A DNA stretch of 64,000 nt from Limnothrix sp. BL-A-16 (GCA_041937175.2 CP166615.1:2304001-2368000); one strand, 5' to 3'. Shown: positions 28,727-39,419, counted from the first letter of the stretch. Translations and numbers: made by a program. The notes: generated from the sequence alone by a model not told the origin.

Positions 28727-29947
28727 TCACGGGCGATCAACCCCAAACCCTTCCGCTTTCAGCATAGCTAAAGTTGCAATTGCTGCTTGGGTTTCTGCTT
28801 CCTTGATGGTCTTCCCTATCCCTTGGCCATACACTCGGTTCTGAAGCTTGACTTCTACAGTCCAAGGCTCCGCCCCTGGAACTGGACAGTAATCTACCAT
28901 GCCATATTTACTTGCATTTTCTGGCTGTTGTAGAAATTCTTGAAGAGCATTTTTAGGATGTCGGGCCGTTGCACCTTCGTAGCCCAGTTTATCGATCACT
29001 TGATCAAGCTTTGGCCAGAAGAATGCCTGAACTGCTGCCAAACCAGAATCAAGATAGTAGGCTCCAATCAATGCCTCAAAGGCATTAGCAAGAACTGAAT
29101 TCTTTTGACTAATTTTCTGATCACGCTTAAGCCCATTTCCTAGTCTCAGACAATCACCCAGATCCAATTGACTCGCAAAAAGCTCGAGTTGCGTATTTTC
29201 CACAATTCGAGATTTAATTTGAGTCAATTCTCCTTCGGTTAGGTACGGGTGTTTATTATGAATATACTCGGCCACTACCAATCCCAAAACGGAATCGCCT
29301 AAAAACTCCAGCCGTTCATTGTCATCGCCACTGCTTGGGTGTTCATTTTTATAAGACCTATGGGTTAAAGCCTGTTTCAGGAGGCTGAGATTCTGGAACG
29401 GAATTTGAGAAATGAGGCGATCGCACTGCTCTTGAAACTGTCGGTCTGCCTGATTGTTAGGGTTTAGACCCCATTGCTGCGCTTGGTTTTGATGACTCAA
29501 GGCTAGCAAAGCTTCATTTTGCTGGGTGACTACCTCTTCCAATAGAGGCGATCCGATCGCCTGTAGTAACCGACGAATGCTATCGAGCGATCGATAAACA
29601 TCTGCGGTGGGAAATTCTGATTCATGGGCCCACTGGTTACGAATTTCCTGAAGTTCATTGACTAGAACTTTGTCGCTTTTGCTTAATCGGTCTTTAAAGA
29701 CCTTGGTGTAATGCTTATCTAGAATTGTTAGTAAATTGGCTACATCTTCACTAATGATTTTGATGGGAGAATACTTTTTTAAAATTGGCTGGGCTGTTCG
29801 TAGCTTGGGTAAGAAATGTAGGGATTTTGTAGCCCAATCATCCCCATATTCTGTCTGCATGGCTTCCTGAATGAAAGGAAACAATCCCTGGCGCAAAAGC
29901 TCTAGGCCACGGGTAATCGTTTCCTTTCCCCAGTTTTGGTTTGACAT
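28727..29947 (-). CDS. Swt1-like HEPN domain fused to ribonuclease III and a dsRBD
   Basis: ELQEIRNQWAH (Rx4H), ALTHRSY, NERLEFLGD, ANAFEALIGA, dsRBD HPKNALQE...G.GKTIKEAETQAA. Confidence 0.88.
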   Translation of the reverse strand: MSNQNWGKETITRGLELLRQGLFPFIQEAMQTEYGDDWATKSLHFLPKLRTAQPILKKYSPIKIISEDVANLLTILDKHYTKVFKDRLSKSDKVLVNELQEIRNQWAHESEFPTADVYRSLDSIRRLLQAIGSPLLEEVVTQQNEALLALSHQNQAQQWGLNPNNQADRQFQEQCDRLISQIPFQNLSLLKQALTHRSYKNEHPSSGDDNERLEFLGDSVLGLVVAEYIHNKHPYLTEGELTQIKSRIVENTQLELFASQLDLGDCLRLGNGLKRDQKISQKNSVLANAFEALIGAYYLDSGLAAVQAFFWPKLDQVIDKLGYEGATARHPKNALQEFLQQPENASKYGMVDYCPVPGAEPWTVEVKLQNRVYGQGIGKTIKEAETQAAIATLAMLKAEGFGVDRP

Positions 29948-30005
29948 GATGTGAATTCACAATGACTAATTTCATGGTAGTCAGCAATTCACATTTCGTG
30001 GGAAC

Positions 30006-31142
30006 CTAGCGGCGACGATCGCCCCCAAATCGTCCAACTCGGCCGGTGGGTTTGCCCAGGTTGGCGCGGAGTTGGCCACAGGCTGCATCCGACTCCAGGC
30101 CCCGGGTGCGGCGGACACTGACGGCGACGCGGCGATCGTCCAGGGTTTGCATGAAGTCCCGCACGCGCATCGGGTCAGGGCGCTGGTAGTCTACCTCCGC
30201 GATCGGGTTGTAGGGAATCAGGTTGACGTGAGCTTGGAACCCGCGCAGCAACTCCGCTAGCTCGGCGGCACAGTCGCGGCTGTCGTTGACCCCCGCCAAC
30301 AGGATGTATTCAAAGGTGACGCGGCGGCCGGTTTCGGCGGCATAGTCGCGGCAGTCCTCGATCAGCTCCTCGATCGGGTATTGGGCGGCGCTGGGAACGA
30401 TCGACTCACGGATTTCCTGGTTGGGCGCGTGGAGGCTGACAGCCAGGGTGGCTTGCAACCGTTCGTTGGCGAGCTGCCGAATCCGGCCGGGAATACCGAC
30501 AGTGGAAATGGTGATGTAGCGCTTGCCGATGCCGATGTCTTGGTTGAGCGATCGCGTTGCACTCAGGACGGCGGCGGGGTTATGTAGCGGTTCGCCCATG
30601 CCCATAAACACCACATTGCTGACCCGGCGATCGAAGTCCTCTTGGACAGTCAGCACCTGATCCAAAATTTCCGATCGCGATAGGTTGCGCACAAAGCCGC
30701 CTTTGCCCGTGGCGCAAAAGTCGCAGGCCATGGCACAGCCCACTTGGGAGGACACACAAACCGTCAGCCGATCGCGGGTGGGAATGCCGACGGTTTCCAC
30801 GATCTGCCCGTCGGCCATTTTCAGCAGAAATTTTACGGTTCCGTCATGGCTCTCGGAGCGGTGGTGCAGCTCGGAGCGGCCGATCGGAATGTCGGCGGCC
30901 GCTTCCCGCCAGTTTTTGGGGAAAACGGTGATATCCATCAGCGATCGGGCCCCGCGTTCGTAGATCCATTGGTGGAGCTGCTTGGCACGGTAGGCGGGCT
31001 GTCCCTGGTCTTTCACCCATTGGGTGAGTTCCGTGAGGGAGCCACCCAACAGCGGCGGCAGGGGCTGACGATCGGGACGGGACTGCAAAATCTGCGAATC
31101 GGTTTGGGCAGCGGTGTTCAGGGCGATTGGGGCGGGAGCCAT
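30006..31142 (-). CDS. rlmN: 23S rRNA A2503/tRNA A37 C2-methyltransferase (radical SAM)
   Basis: [22 protein letters not shown] and AACGQL motifs. Confidence 0.97.
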   Translation of the reverse strand: MAPAPIALNTAAQTDSQILQSRPDRQPLPPLLGGSLTELTQWVKDQGQPAYRAKQLHQWIYERGARSLMDITVFPKNWREAAADIPIGRSELHHRSESHDGTVKFLLKMADGQIVETVGIPTRDRLTVCVSSQVGCAMACDFCATGKGGFVRNLSRSEILDQVLTVQEDFDRRVSNVVFMGMGEPLHNPAAVLSATRSLNQDIGIGKRYITISTVGIPGRIRQLANERLQATLAVSLHAPNQEIRESIVPSAAQYPIEELIEDCRDYAAETGRRVTFEYILLAGVNDSRDCAAELAELLRGFQAHVNLIPYNPIAEVDYQRPDPMRVRDFMQTLDDRRVAVSVRRTRGLESDAACGQLRANLGKPTGRVGRFGGDRRR

Positions 31143-31362
31143 GGTCAAGTCTCAAGACAAAGGGCCGAACAAACCCCAAGACACCATCGCCACCAGCCAA
31201 GCGGGCGATCGGGCATGGGATTTGGGAATTAGGCGGATCAACGGCGGGCGATCGTGAAGCGATTCAGTAGTCGATTAGGGGTCGATCGAAGCCTGTATTA
31301 GCTTAGATCGTAGCGACTCTGATCGATGATTGCCCCGTTGTTTGTTTCTTGCCCGTCTCTCC

Positions 31363-33453
31363 ATGACCCTCGAAGCCGAAAACGCCCGCCTCCAGCAGCG
31401 CGTGCATGAGCTGGAACAGCAACTGGCCCAATGGCGCGATCGCCCACCCGCCGGGCCGCCACCCAAGCCCTATGGCATCAACTTGGATCGGAAACGGGAA
31501 CCCACGGAAGTGGATCCCTTTAACTCCGAAGGGCTGTTTCGGGCCTATGTGGAAACCGCCAATGACATGGTGTATGCGGTGGATTTGCTGGGCCGGCTCG
31601 TGTTTATTAATCCCTACGGAGAGCGACTGTTGGGGATTGAACCGGGTGAATGGCGCGGCCGCCCCTACATGGACTTTGTGGCTCCGGCCTTTCAGGAACC
31701 CACGGGCCAGGCCTTTGCCAACCTGTTGCACACGGGCGAGCTAATGGATTTTGAGTTCGCGCTGCTCGATCGCGCCGGTCGAGAAATTCACATGCAGGTG
31801 AACGGGCGCTTGCTCTATGCGGATGAGGAGCTGATTGGTGGTTTGGGTATTGCGCGGGATATCACCGATCGCAAGCAGGCAGAACAGCAGGTACAGATGT
31901 TTGTGCGGGCCCTGGAGTCAACCCACGACAGCACCGCGATCGCGGACTTGCAGGGGGGCTTCATTTATGCAAACCCGGCGACCGATCGGGTTTTTGGTTG
32001 GACCACCGGGCCCAATCGCCCCCAAAATGCAGCGGCTTTTTATCCAGAGGCAGGCACAAAACAGGTGCATTGGCTGGTGCAACAGGCGATCGACGGTGGT
32101 TGGAGCGGGGAAGTCATTTGCCAGCGCCAAGGGGGCGATCGGTTCCCTGCGTTGGTCTCGGTGGGGCCCGTCCCCGACGAGCAGGGCCGGCCCGTGGCCT
32201 TTTCGATCGTCACCCGCGACATTAGTGATCAAAAACAAACCCAAGCGGAATTGGCGGCCAAAAACCTGGAATTGGAACGGGCCAGCCAATTGAAATCCGC
32301 CTTTTTGGCCAATATGTCCCATGAGTTGCGCACACCGCTGACGGCTATTTTGGGCTTTTCTTCTCTGCTAAAACAGCAGCTTTATGGGCCGCTGAACGAA
32401 AAACAGATGGTCTATATCGAACAAATTCGCAAGAGCGGTGATCATCTGCTCAGTTTGATTAATGACGTGTTGGATTTATCCAAAATTGAGGCGGGCCAAA
32501 TTGAACTAGCGATCGAGGCGATCGATGTGCCCACCCTCTGCGATTCGGCGTTGGCCCTGGTCAGCCAGCAGGCAGCCGATCGGGATATTCGGATTCGCAA
32601 ACGGATTCCCAAACGGTTGCAACCCTTGATGGCCGATGAGGTGCGCGTGCGCCAAATGCTGTTGAACCTGCTCAGTAATGCGGTCAAGTTTTCCCATGAG
32701 GGGGGCGAAATTGGCCTTGAGGCGATCGAGCGAGGCGGCTACGTGCATTTTTGCGTGTGGGATCATGGTATCGGGATCCCCGAAGAAGCCCGCTCCGTCA
32801 TGTTCCAGCCCTTTCATCAACTGGATAACTCCCTTTCTCGGCGGCACCAGGGCACGGGGTTGGGCCTGTCCCTCACCCGGCAGTTAGCGGAACTACACGG
32901 CGGCTCTGTGGACTTTGAATCCAAGCTGGGCCAAGGCAGCACCTTCACGATTCGGTTGCCCTTAACCTTTGTGCCGCCCGGTCGATCGCCCGCGCCGGCC
33001 ATTCAACCCGGCGCATCGGCGGCGCGGGTGATGGCGGCGGAACAGGCCCGGCCACCACAAATTTTGGTTGTTGAAGACGATTCGACCAATGCCAAGTTGC
33101 TGCAAGACCTGTTGAGCAGTTGGGGTTGTGGCGTGGCGATCGCCCCGGACGGTTGGCGAGCGATCGACTGGCTAGACAGTCACCCGGTGGATTTGGTGTT
33201 GCTGGATATCCAACTGCCGGACATGGACGGGCTGGCGGTCTTGCAGCAAATCCGCAGTGATGAACGTTGGCAGGATTTGCCCGTGGTGGCGGCCACGGCC
33301 CTGGCTATGGAGCACGATCGCCAGCGCTGTTTGGCCGCCGGAATGCAGGGCTATCTCAGCAAACCGCTGGATCATCAAGCCTTGCGGGCGATCGTGGCCG
33401 AATTCACCGGCTATCATACCCCTGGCCAAGCCAGAGATCACGCAAGCAATTAG
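31363..33453 (+). CDS. Soluble hybrid histidine kinase (2 PAS, HisKA, HATPase, receiver)
   Basis: RDITDRK PAC ends, SHELRTPL, NAVKF, GTGLGL, receiver VEDD...LLDIQLP...SKP. Confidence 0.93.
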   Translation: MTLEAENARLQQRVHELEQQLAQWRDRPPAGPPPKPYGINLDRKREPTEVDPFNSEGLFRAYVETANDMVYAVDLLGRLVFINPYGERLLGIEPGEWRGRPYMDFVAPAFQEPTGQAFANLLHTGELMDFEFALLDRAGREIHMQVNGRLLYADEELIGGLGIARDITDRKQAEQQVQMFVRALESTHDSTAIADLQGGFIYANPATDRVFGWTTGPNRPQNAAAFYPEAGTKQVHWLVQQAIDGGWSGEVICQRQGGDRFPALVSVGPVPDEQGRPVAFSIVTRDISDQKQTQAELAAKNLELERASQLKSAFLANMSHELRTPLTAILGFSSLLKQQLYGPLNEKQMVYIEQIRKSGDHLLSLINDVLDLSKIEAGQIELAIEAIDVPTLCDSALALVSQQAADRDIRIRKRIPKRLQPLMADEVRVRQMLLNLLSNAVKFSHEGGEIGLEAIERGGYVHFCVWDHGIGIPEEARSVMFQPFHQLDNSLSRRHQGTGLGLSLTRQLAELHGGSVDFESKLGQGSTFTIRLPLTFVPPGRSPAPAIQPGASAARVMAAEQARPPQILVVEDDSTNAKLLQDLLSSWGCGVAIAPDGWRAIDWLDSHPVDLVLLDIQLPDMDGLAVLQQIRSDERWQDLPVVAATALAMEHDRQRCLAAGMQGYLSKPLDHQALRAIVAEFTGYHTPGQARDHASN

Positions 33454-34152
33454 CTAGGGCGGCGGAGATTCCAAGGGGCGATCGGTGACCGGCGTGGCGG
33501 AGGGAAACCGCTGGCGCAACACCTGAAACAACCGAGCCACCTGATCCAGATCTTTATCAGCGGGCCCCCGCTCCACCCCACTCGATAGATCAATCCCGAT
33601 CGGGGCAGCCATAGCCAGGGTGTCGATCGCTTGGAGCAGGTTATCGGGGGTAATGCCACCCGCCAAAAACCAAGGCAGGGGCGATCGCCAAGCTTGCAAC
33701 CGCTGCCAATCGAGGGTGTGGCCCGTGCCGCCCAAGGCTTCGGGCCGGTAAGCATCCAGCAGCAGGGCATCCACCGCCGTTGCGTAGGATTCTGCTAAAT
33801 CAAGAGTTTCCGCCGATCGCACCCGCAGCGCTTTCCAAAGGGTTTGATGGGGCAAGCGCGATCGCACCGCTTCGCAAAACTCAGGGGACTCATCCCCATG
33901 CAGTTGTACGATCGTCAGGTTGCCTGTGGTCACGGTTTCGGCGATCGTGTCTAGATCCGTATTCGCGAAGATACCCACCCGCTCCACTGCACAGCCCGCC
34001 GCCCCGAGCCGATCGCTCACCAAGCGCATTTGTGCCGGACTGACATAGCGCGGCGAAGCGGGCACAGCAATCAACCCGATCGCCCAAGCGCCTAAACGGG
34101 CGATCGCCACCGCTTGGTCAGGATCTTTCAGTCCGCAAATTTTGACGAGCAT
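33454..34152 (-). CDS. trpF: Phosphoribosylanthranilate isomerase
   Basis: VKICG, VQLHGDE, GGTG, LAGG and DLSSGVE motifs. Confidence 0.96.
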   Translation of the reverse strand: MLVKICGLKDPDQAVAIARLGAWAIGLIAVPASPRYVSPAQMRLVSDRLGAAGCAVERVGIFANTDLDTIAETVTTGNLTIVQLHGDESPEFCEAVRSRLPHQTLWKALRVRSAETLDLAESYATAVDALLLDAYRPEALGGTGHTLDWQRLQAWRSPLPWFLAGGITPDNLLQAIDTLAMAAPIGIDLSSGVERGPADKDLDQVARLFQVLRQRFPSATPVTDRPLESPPP

Positions 34153-34626
34153 CAGCAAAAATTCCGAAAAATTCCAAGCCTGAGCGTTGTAATAGGGCTT
34201 TGTCGCCCAGAAACCCTGAAGTCTGAAATATTGAGTACTGTTAAAGTCTACCGAAATTTCTGTTAAGTCTTAATAACAGGGCTGTCTACCCCTGAGACCG
34301 GGTTTCTATAATTTGGCCGGTTTCCGCTGCCGGGAGTCAGCAGGCTGTCATGGTTCAGTCATGGTCATTTATAAGCTATTCATGAGCCGTTCATGAACTA
34401 TCAATGGGCCATTCATTTGAGCCATGAATCTGCATCATCATTGACACCATTTCTGATCCAACCAGCAGTCCCCAGCAGCCCGATTTCTTCACAACCTGTT
34501 GACAATATCAATTTCCATTGGATTTTTAACGCTTTGCTCTCGGGCAATTCTTGTTAAGAATCCTCAGCAGTTGATAGCTTTAGCAACTGATGGCTTTAAC
34601 ATTCTGAATCCTTGGAGGAATGACCC

Positions 34627-34902
34627 TTGTTTAATCTATTCACGATTCAAAATCTTTTGGCCACCGCCACCACCGTTGAATGGTCGCCCAATGTGGGGAT
34701 CATCATGGTCACCTGCAATGTGTTCGCGATCGTGATTGGTTACTACGCCATTCAAAAGCGTGGCGTTGGCCCCACCTTGCCCTTGCCTTTGCCCGCCATT
34801 TTCACCGGGTTTGGCATTCCGGAATTGTTGGCAACCGCTAGCTTTGGCCACCTGTTGGGAGCAGGGATGGTTTTGGGTTTGGCTAACGCCGGTTTACTGT
34901 AG
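34627..34902 (+). CDS. psaK: Photosystem I reaction centre subunit PsaK
   Basis: TVEWSP.VGIIM..CN...PELLATASFGHLLGAG..LGL. Confidence 0.95.
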   Translation: MFNLFTIQNLLATATTVEWSPNVGIIMVTCNVFAIVIGYYAIQKRGVGPTLPLPLPAIFTGFGIPELLATASFGHLLGAGMVLGLANAGLL

Positions 34903-34974
34903 GTTCTAGCTACTCAACTTCGACTTCAAAACCGCACGTTAGCATCACACGAAAATTTTTACCTAATTTTCGGA

Positions 34975-35311
34975 ACAAGGGGTTTAAAACCAAGATCTTA
35001 GGGCTTGTCGCCAAATCGCCTGAAACCTTGATTCCACCGTGAGCAAATCGTGAGGGGCAAGGGGCTTAAGCCCCTTGTCTTCGTTGATCAGTGCAACCCA
35101 CAAAGTGATCAGTGCAACCCACAAAGTAGTCATTTTGGCTTTTCAGAGATTCTCTAGGATTTGTTGTCGTTTAGCCCGAAGCCCTAGATCTGCCGTTAGC
35201 GGATCGTGGGAAACAAGGGGCTTGAGCATCTTGCTACAGCGACTGAGACATGGAAAACCAATTGTTTCTGCCTGATCCTAGAAAATGACGACAAGCCCTA
35301 AAACCCCTTGT
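34975..35311. mobile_element. Composite MITE cluster: chimeric A/B element (35001-35154) and family A element (35157-35298)
   Basis: TA-separated elements lying between split half-palindromes ACAAGGGGTTTA and TAAAACCCCTTGT; internal 21-bp duplication TGATCAGTGCAACCCACAAAG. Confidence 0.7.
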
Positions 35312-35785
35312 TTATCGATTAGACCGCTTGAGCGTAATAATTGATAGCACTAACAGAAAACCGTAAATTACCAGAAGGGGTAAAAAGGACTGCTCGATCG
35401 CACTCCAATGGGGCGGTTGATTTTGAAAACTGATTTCGCCTAAGTTTCCCCACCAAACCTGAGCTAGGCTATAGCATTGATTGCCCTGCTTAAAGCCATA
35501 GCAATTCCCCGGACTCACGATAATTGCCAGAGTTTGACTCACCAAAACTAAGATCAAAAATAGTGGTTTGACTTGCAATTGATACCCACGATATCGACTG
35601 GTCAAGGCAGCTAATAACAAAATCAAAAATCCATAGAATGGCAATAGAAAAAACAGATAAACAATCCAAGCCAGCATGGTAAATGAGCTACCCATGAACA
35701 AGAGGGTGCTCAAGAGTAAATAGCCCAAGAAGCAGAACCAAAATTCCCGAAGGGAGAGCCAAGGAAGAGAAGGCAAGAAGGACAT
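35312..35785 (-). CDS. Hypothetical membrane protein (about 4 TM helices)
   Basis: 157-aa hydrophobic ORF with CYGFKQGNQC loop; more AT-rich than neighbours. Confidence 0.7.
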   Translation of the reverse strand: MSFLPSLPWLSLREFWFCFLGYLLLSTLLFMGSSFTMLAWIVYLFFLLPFYGFLILLLAALTSRYRGYQLQVKPLFLILVLVSQTLAIIVSPGNCYGFKQGNQCYSLAQVWWGNLGEISFQNQPPHWSAIEQSFLPLLVIYGFLLVLSIITLKRSNR

Positions 35786-35825
35786 TCTAGTTACGAAGTT
35801 CTACTGAATTAGTCCCTGGCAGCGA

Positions 35826-36194
35826 TCAGGAGTTTTCATCAGTTTCGTCCGCCTCAAGATCAATAATCCAATCCTGAACGAGTTGGGCAAATTCCTCGAT
35901 CGACAGGGTGCAACTTGGCGATTCGTCATCCACCGTGTCTTCAATCGTGGCGCGATCGCCCGATAGGTTCAAACAGTAGGCATTACCCAACCGTTCCCAA
36001 CCGTCCAATTCCCCCGTTCGCACCGCTTCCAGTTTTTCTAACAATTCCGCTGCTGCTGCTTTCACCCGCTGAATATCCAAGGTTAAAAACGCGATCGCCC
36101 GCTTTTGGGCGGTCTGTTGCGCTTGGGGAGGCTGGGGTGGTTCCGGTTCGGGCATGTTGGACGGCTCGGGGCGATCGGGAAAAAGGGGGTTCAT
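35826..36194 (-). CDS. Hypothetical acidic protein (YacL/immunity-protein-like)
   Basis: FLTLDIQ...WERLGNAY.L...CTLSIEEF..LVQDW; start uncertain. Confidence 0.65.
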   Translation of the reverse strand: MNPLFPDRPEPSNMPEPEPPQPPQAQQTAQKRAIAFLTLDIQRVKAAAAELLEKLEAVRTGELDGWERLGNAYCLNLSGDRATIEDTVDDESPSCTLSIEEFAQLVQDWIIDLEADETDENS

Positions 36195-36511
36195 GGGTCG
36201 GAATAGCCTGACTGATTGGGCGATCGGGAACAACAATCAGGAACTTGCTTGTTAGTTTACCGGCCCCGATCAGCCTGGCCCAAAGGCCCAGTTCGGCGGC
36301 ACAAACGGTGATTGCCCCCCAAGACCAGACTTTCTGGCTCCCTAGTTCTCTAAAATCGATAGGGAAGAAAACACCGCGATCGAATCGTTTCCCCAACCCA
36401 ACATCCCCCCACGGTCAACCGCCGCCGCTGCCGAAACCTGCACGGAATTGATCGGGAGTTGATAGGGTGGATGGTTGGGATTACTAGGGACTTTTAAACC
36501 CGCCGTAAGCT

Positions 36512-37522
36512 ATGGATTTGGTTGTACTGCAAACCTGGTTAGATAACGCATCGTTTGGCATCCTGCTGGTGACGATGCTGCTGTATTGGGTGGGGGCGGC
36601 GTTTCCCCAATGGATTCTGTTGGGATCCTTGGGCACGGCCGGTATGGCGATCGCCAACCTCTGTATGGCGGCATTGTTGGGCGCAAGGTGGATTGAGGCG
36701 GGCTATTTCCCCCTCAGCAACCTATATGAATCGCTGTTTTTCCTCGCTTGGGGGATCACGGCTGTGCATTTGTTGACCGAGCGCAACAGCCGCAGCCGCT
36801 GGGTTGGAATTGTTACGGCTCCCGTGGCCATGGGGATCACGGCCTTTGCTGCCCTCTCCCTTCCGGACAACATGCAGGCCGCTGAGCCGTTGGTTCCGGC
36901 CCTGAAGTCCAACTGGTTGATGATGCATGTGAGCGTGATGATGCTCAGCTATTCGGCCCTGATGGTGGGGTCGTTGCTGGCGATCGCCTTTTTGATTGTG
37001 ACGAAAGGGCAGAATGTGACCCTGCGCGGTAGCTCCGTGGGCACGGGCAGTTTTCGGGACAAGGTGGCGCGGCTGGCGGTCAGCACGGCGGCCGTTGAAG
37101 CGCCGGCCGCCCTTGCGATCGGGGGTGAAGCCAGCGGGGTTGCCCTGCTCGATCGCCCCGCCACTGACAGCACCACCACCCTGAACCTGTCGCCCCAACG
37201 ACTGACCCTGGCGGACACTCTGGATAACATCAGCTACCGAACGATCGGGCTGGGCTTTCCCCTGCTTACCATTGGCATCATTGCCGGTGGCGTGTGGGCC
37301 AATGAAGCTTGGGGATCCTACTGGAGCTGGGATCCCAAAGAAACCTGGGCTTTCATCACCTGGTTGGTGTTCGCCGCCTATCTCCATGCCCGCTTAACCA
37401 AAGGCTGGCAAGGCCGCAAACCGGCGATCTTGGCCGCTTTGGGCTTTGTGGTGGTTTGGGTTTGCTATTTGGGCGTGAACCTGCTGGGCAAGGGCCTGCA
37501 TTCCTACGGCTGGTTTTTCTAA
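36512..37522 (+). CDS. ccsA: System II cytochrome c biogenesis heme-attachment protein (CcsA; called CcsB in some annotations)
   Basis: [21 protein letters not shown] motif, [15 protein letters not shown]. Confidence 0.96.
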   Translation: MDLVVLQTWLDNASFGILLVTMLLYWVGAAFPQWILLGSLGTAGMAIANLCMAALLGARWIEAGYFPLSNLYESLFFLAWGITAVHLLTERNSRSRWVGIVTAPVAMGITAFAALSLPDNMQAAEPLVPALKSNWLMMHVSVMMLSYSALMVGSLLAIAFLIVTKGQNVTLRGSSVGTGSFRDKVARLAVSTAAVEAPAALAIGGEASGVALLDRPATDSTTTLNLSPQRLTLADTLDNISYRTIGLGFPLLTIGIIAGGVWANEAWGSYWSWDPKETWAFITWLVFAAYLHARLTKGWQGRKPAILAALGFVVVWVCYLGVNLLGKGLHSYGWFF

Positions 37523-37534
37523 GGGCTAGTTCCT

Positions 37535-39268
37535 GTGGCGGCATCCGACCTCACCCCAGACCTACAGCGGCTGCTCGATCGAGCGGCCGCTTGTCGTGAG
37601 CAGGGCCACTGGCCAGAGGCGATCGTGCTCGATCGGCAGGCAATCCAGTTGGCCCCTGATTCTGCCTTGGCTTATGGTTCCTTAGGCCAATCGCTGCGGG
37701 GAGCCGATCGCCCATCAGCAGCCGCCCAAGCCTGGAAACGGGCGATCGCCCAAGGATTGGCACAACCCTCCCAAATGGCGATTGCCCATTGGGAACTCGG
37801 CAAACTTCAATGGGAACTGGGAGAACACAATGGGGCGATCGAGCAGTTCCTCAACGCGATCGCGCTGAACCCCACCCTGATTTCCCTACAAACCCTCGAT
37901 GACCTCAGCCGTTGGCTCCGGCGGCGCGATCGACCCACCGCAGCCGCCGCCTTCGAGCAAGCTGCCCTGAAACGGCTGATTCCCGAAGTTCGCCAATTAA
38001 TCCACCAGGGTAATGCAACCCTCGCAGCCCGCTGGTGCCTTTGGTCATTGCAAATTGCACCGGCCCATAACGCTGCCTATAACTTGCTGTTTGAGGCCCT
38101 AACGGCCCTTGATCGCCCCGAAGAAGCGAAAGATTGTTTTTGTCGATTGGTACCCGCCACCGTCCTGGATGAATTCGCTCCCCATCCCCCACTCCCGATC
38201 GCCCGGTTGCCCTTAACGGCTAACGACTCAGCGGGCTTGAAGCCGCTAGCGATCTGGCCCTTGGTCGCTCCCTACCCCTTACCCGAACCTCAATCCATTT
38301 TGTGCGATCGCCCCACGGCCAACTTTCCAGCTATCAGCCCCCTGCAAGAACCGCCACGGCAATGTTGGGCCTTGAACAACGGCCGTGTTTGGGTGGATGC
38401 CTGCAATCGGGTGTTTTGGAATCGGGATGGAGCGGTTGTGGATGACCTTTCGATCGGGGTGGAGCACTTAATCGCCACCTCCCATCGGCTGCCTGCCCCA
38501 CAACCCATTCAAGGCACAGTCGCCGTCATTGCCAAACAACATACAGAGAATTATTTTCACTGGGTTACGGAATTTCTACCCCAGGCGATCGATCTTTTAG
38601 ATCTTGCCCAAAGCGTGGGAAAATCCATTGACTATTGGTATTTTGATGCAGACTATTTACCATTTCAGATTCAAAGCTTGGAGTCCTTAGGCATTTCACG
38701 TAGCCAAATTCTTGCGAGCCAAGACATTCCCCATTTACAAGCTGACTTACTGTTAACCTTCAACGCCAGCAGTCTAATTGAAGGTCGCCGAGAAAGCCTT
38801 CAGAAGTTGCGTCAAATATTCTTAGCTAAAACTTCGCCAAATCGTCTCCAATCTAGACGGCTATATTTAGGGCGATCGCACGCCCGCCGCATCCTGAACG
38901 AAAATCAGCTACGATCTGTACTTCAAAAATGGGGATTTGAGCCAGTTCCTGAAGGACTCTCCTTTGCCGAGCAAATTCAATTATTTGCAGAGGCATCAGT
39001 TATCATTGGCCCCCATGGCGCAGCATTTACTAATATGATTTTCAGTCAACCTCAAAGCCGTATTTTAGAATTCTTTGCGCCGAGCTATATCAGCCATTTT
39101 TATTGGCGATTGAGTGGTCAACTAGATTTTCAGTATTCCTATTTAGTCGGGGACGTTGTTCCGTTGGATGATCAATCACCCTTGTCCAAAATCAGCTTCT
39201 ATCATGATTTAGAAATTTCGCCCTTCGTTTTGGAGCAAGCACTTCAAAATCTGATCAACTCCAATTGA
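37535..39268 (+). CDS. TPR plus glycosyltransferase family 61 (DUF563) protein
   Basis: N-terminal TPRs, NYFHWVTEFLP, RRILNE, IIGPHGAAFTN. Confidence 0.87.
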   Translation: MAASDLTPDLQRLLDRAAACREQGHWPEAIVLDRQAIQLAPDSALAYGSLGQSLRGADRPSAAAQAWKRAIAQGLAQPSQMAIAHWELGKLQWELGEHNGAIEQFLNAIALNPTLISLQTLDDLSRWLRRRDRPTAAAAFEQAALKRLIPEVRQLIHQGNATLAARWCLWSLQIAPAHNAAYNLLFEALTALDRPEEAKDCFCRLVPATVLDEFAPHPPLPIARLPLTANDSAGLKPLAIWPLVAPYPLPEPQSILCDRPTANFPAISPLQEPPRQCWALNNGRVWVDACNRVFWNRDGAVVDDLSIGVEHLIATSHRLPAPQPIQGTVAVIAKQHTENYFHWVTEFLPQAIDLLDLAQSVGKSIDYWYFDADYLPFQIQSLESLGISRSQILASQDIPHLQADLLLTFNASSLIEGRRESLQKLRQIFLAKTSPNRLQSRRLYLGRSHARRILNENQLRSVLQKWGFEPVPEGLSFAEQIQLFAEASVIIGPHGAAFTNMIFSQPQSRILEFFAPSYISHFYWRLSGQLDFQYSYLVGDVVPLDDQSPLSKISFYHDLEISPFVLEQALQNLINSN

Positions 39269-39419
39269 GTTTGTTAAACGAAACTTTCTGATTGGTATTG
39301 TGGCCTTGGCTAGCCGCTGGTTGCGTGCAAACCGCCCGTACCGCTGGCAGATTGCGATCCCCGCCGTCTCTCCACTAAGGTTAAGATTCGGGACGCGATC
39401 GACTCGTTCGATCTAAACC

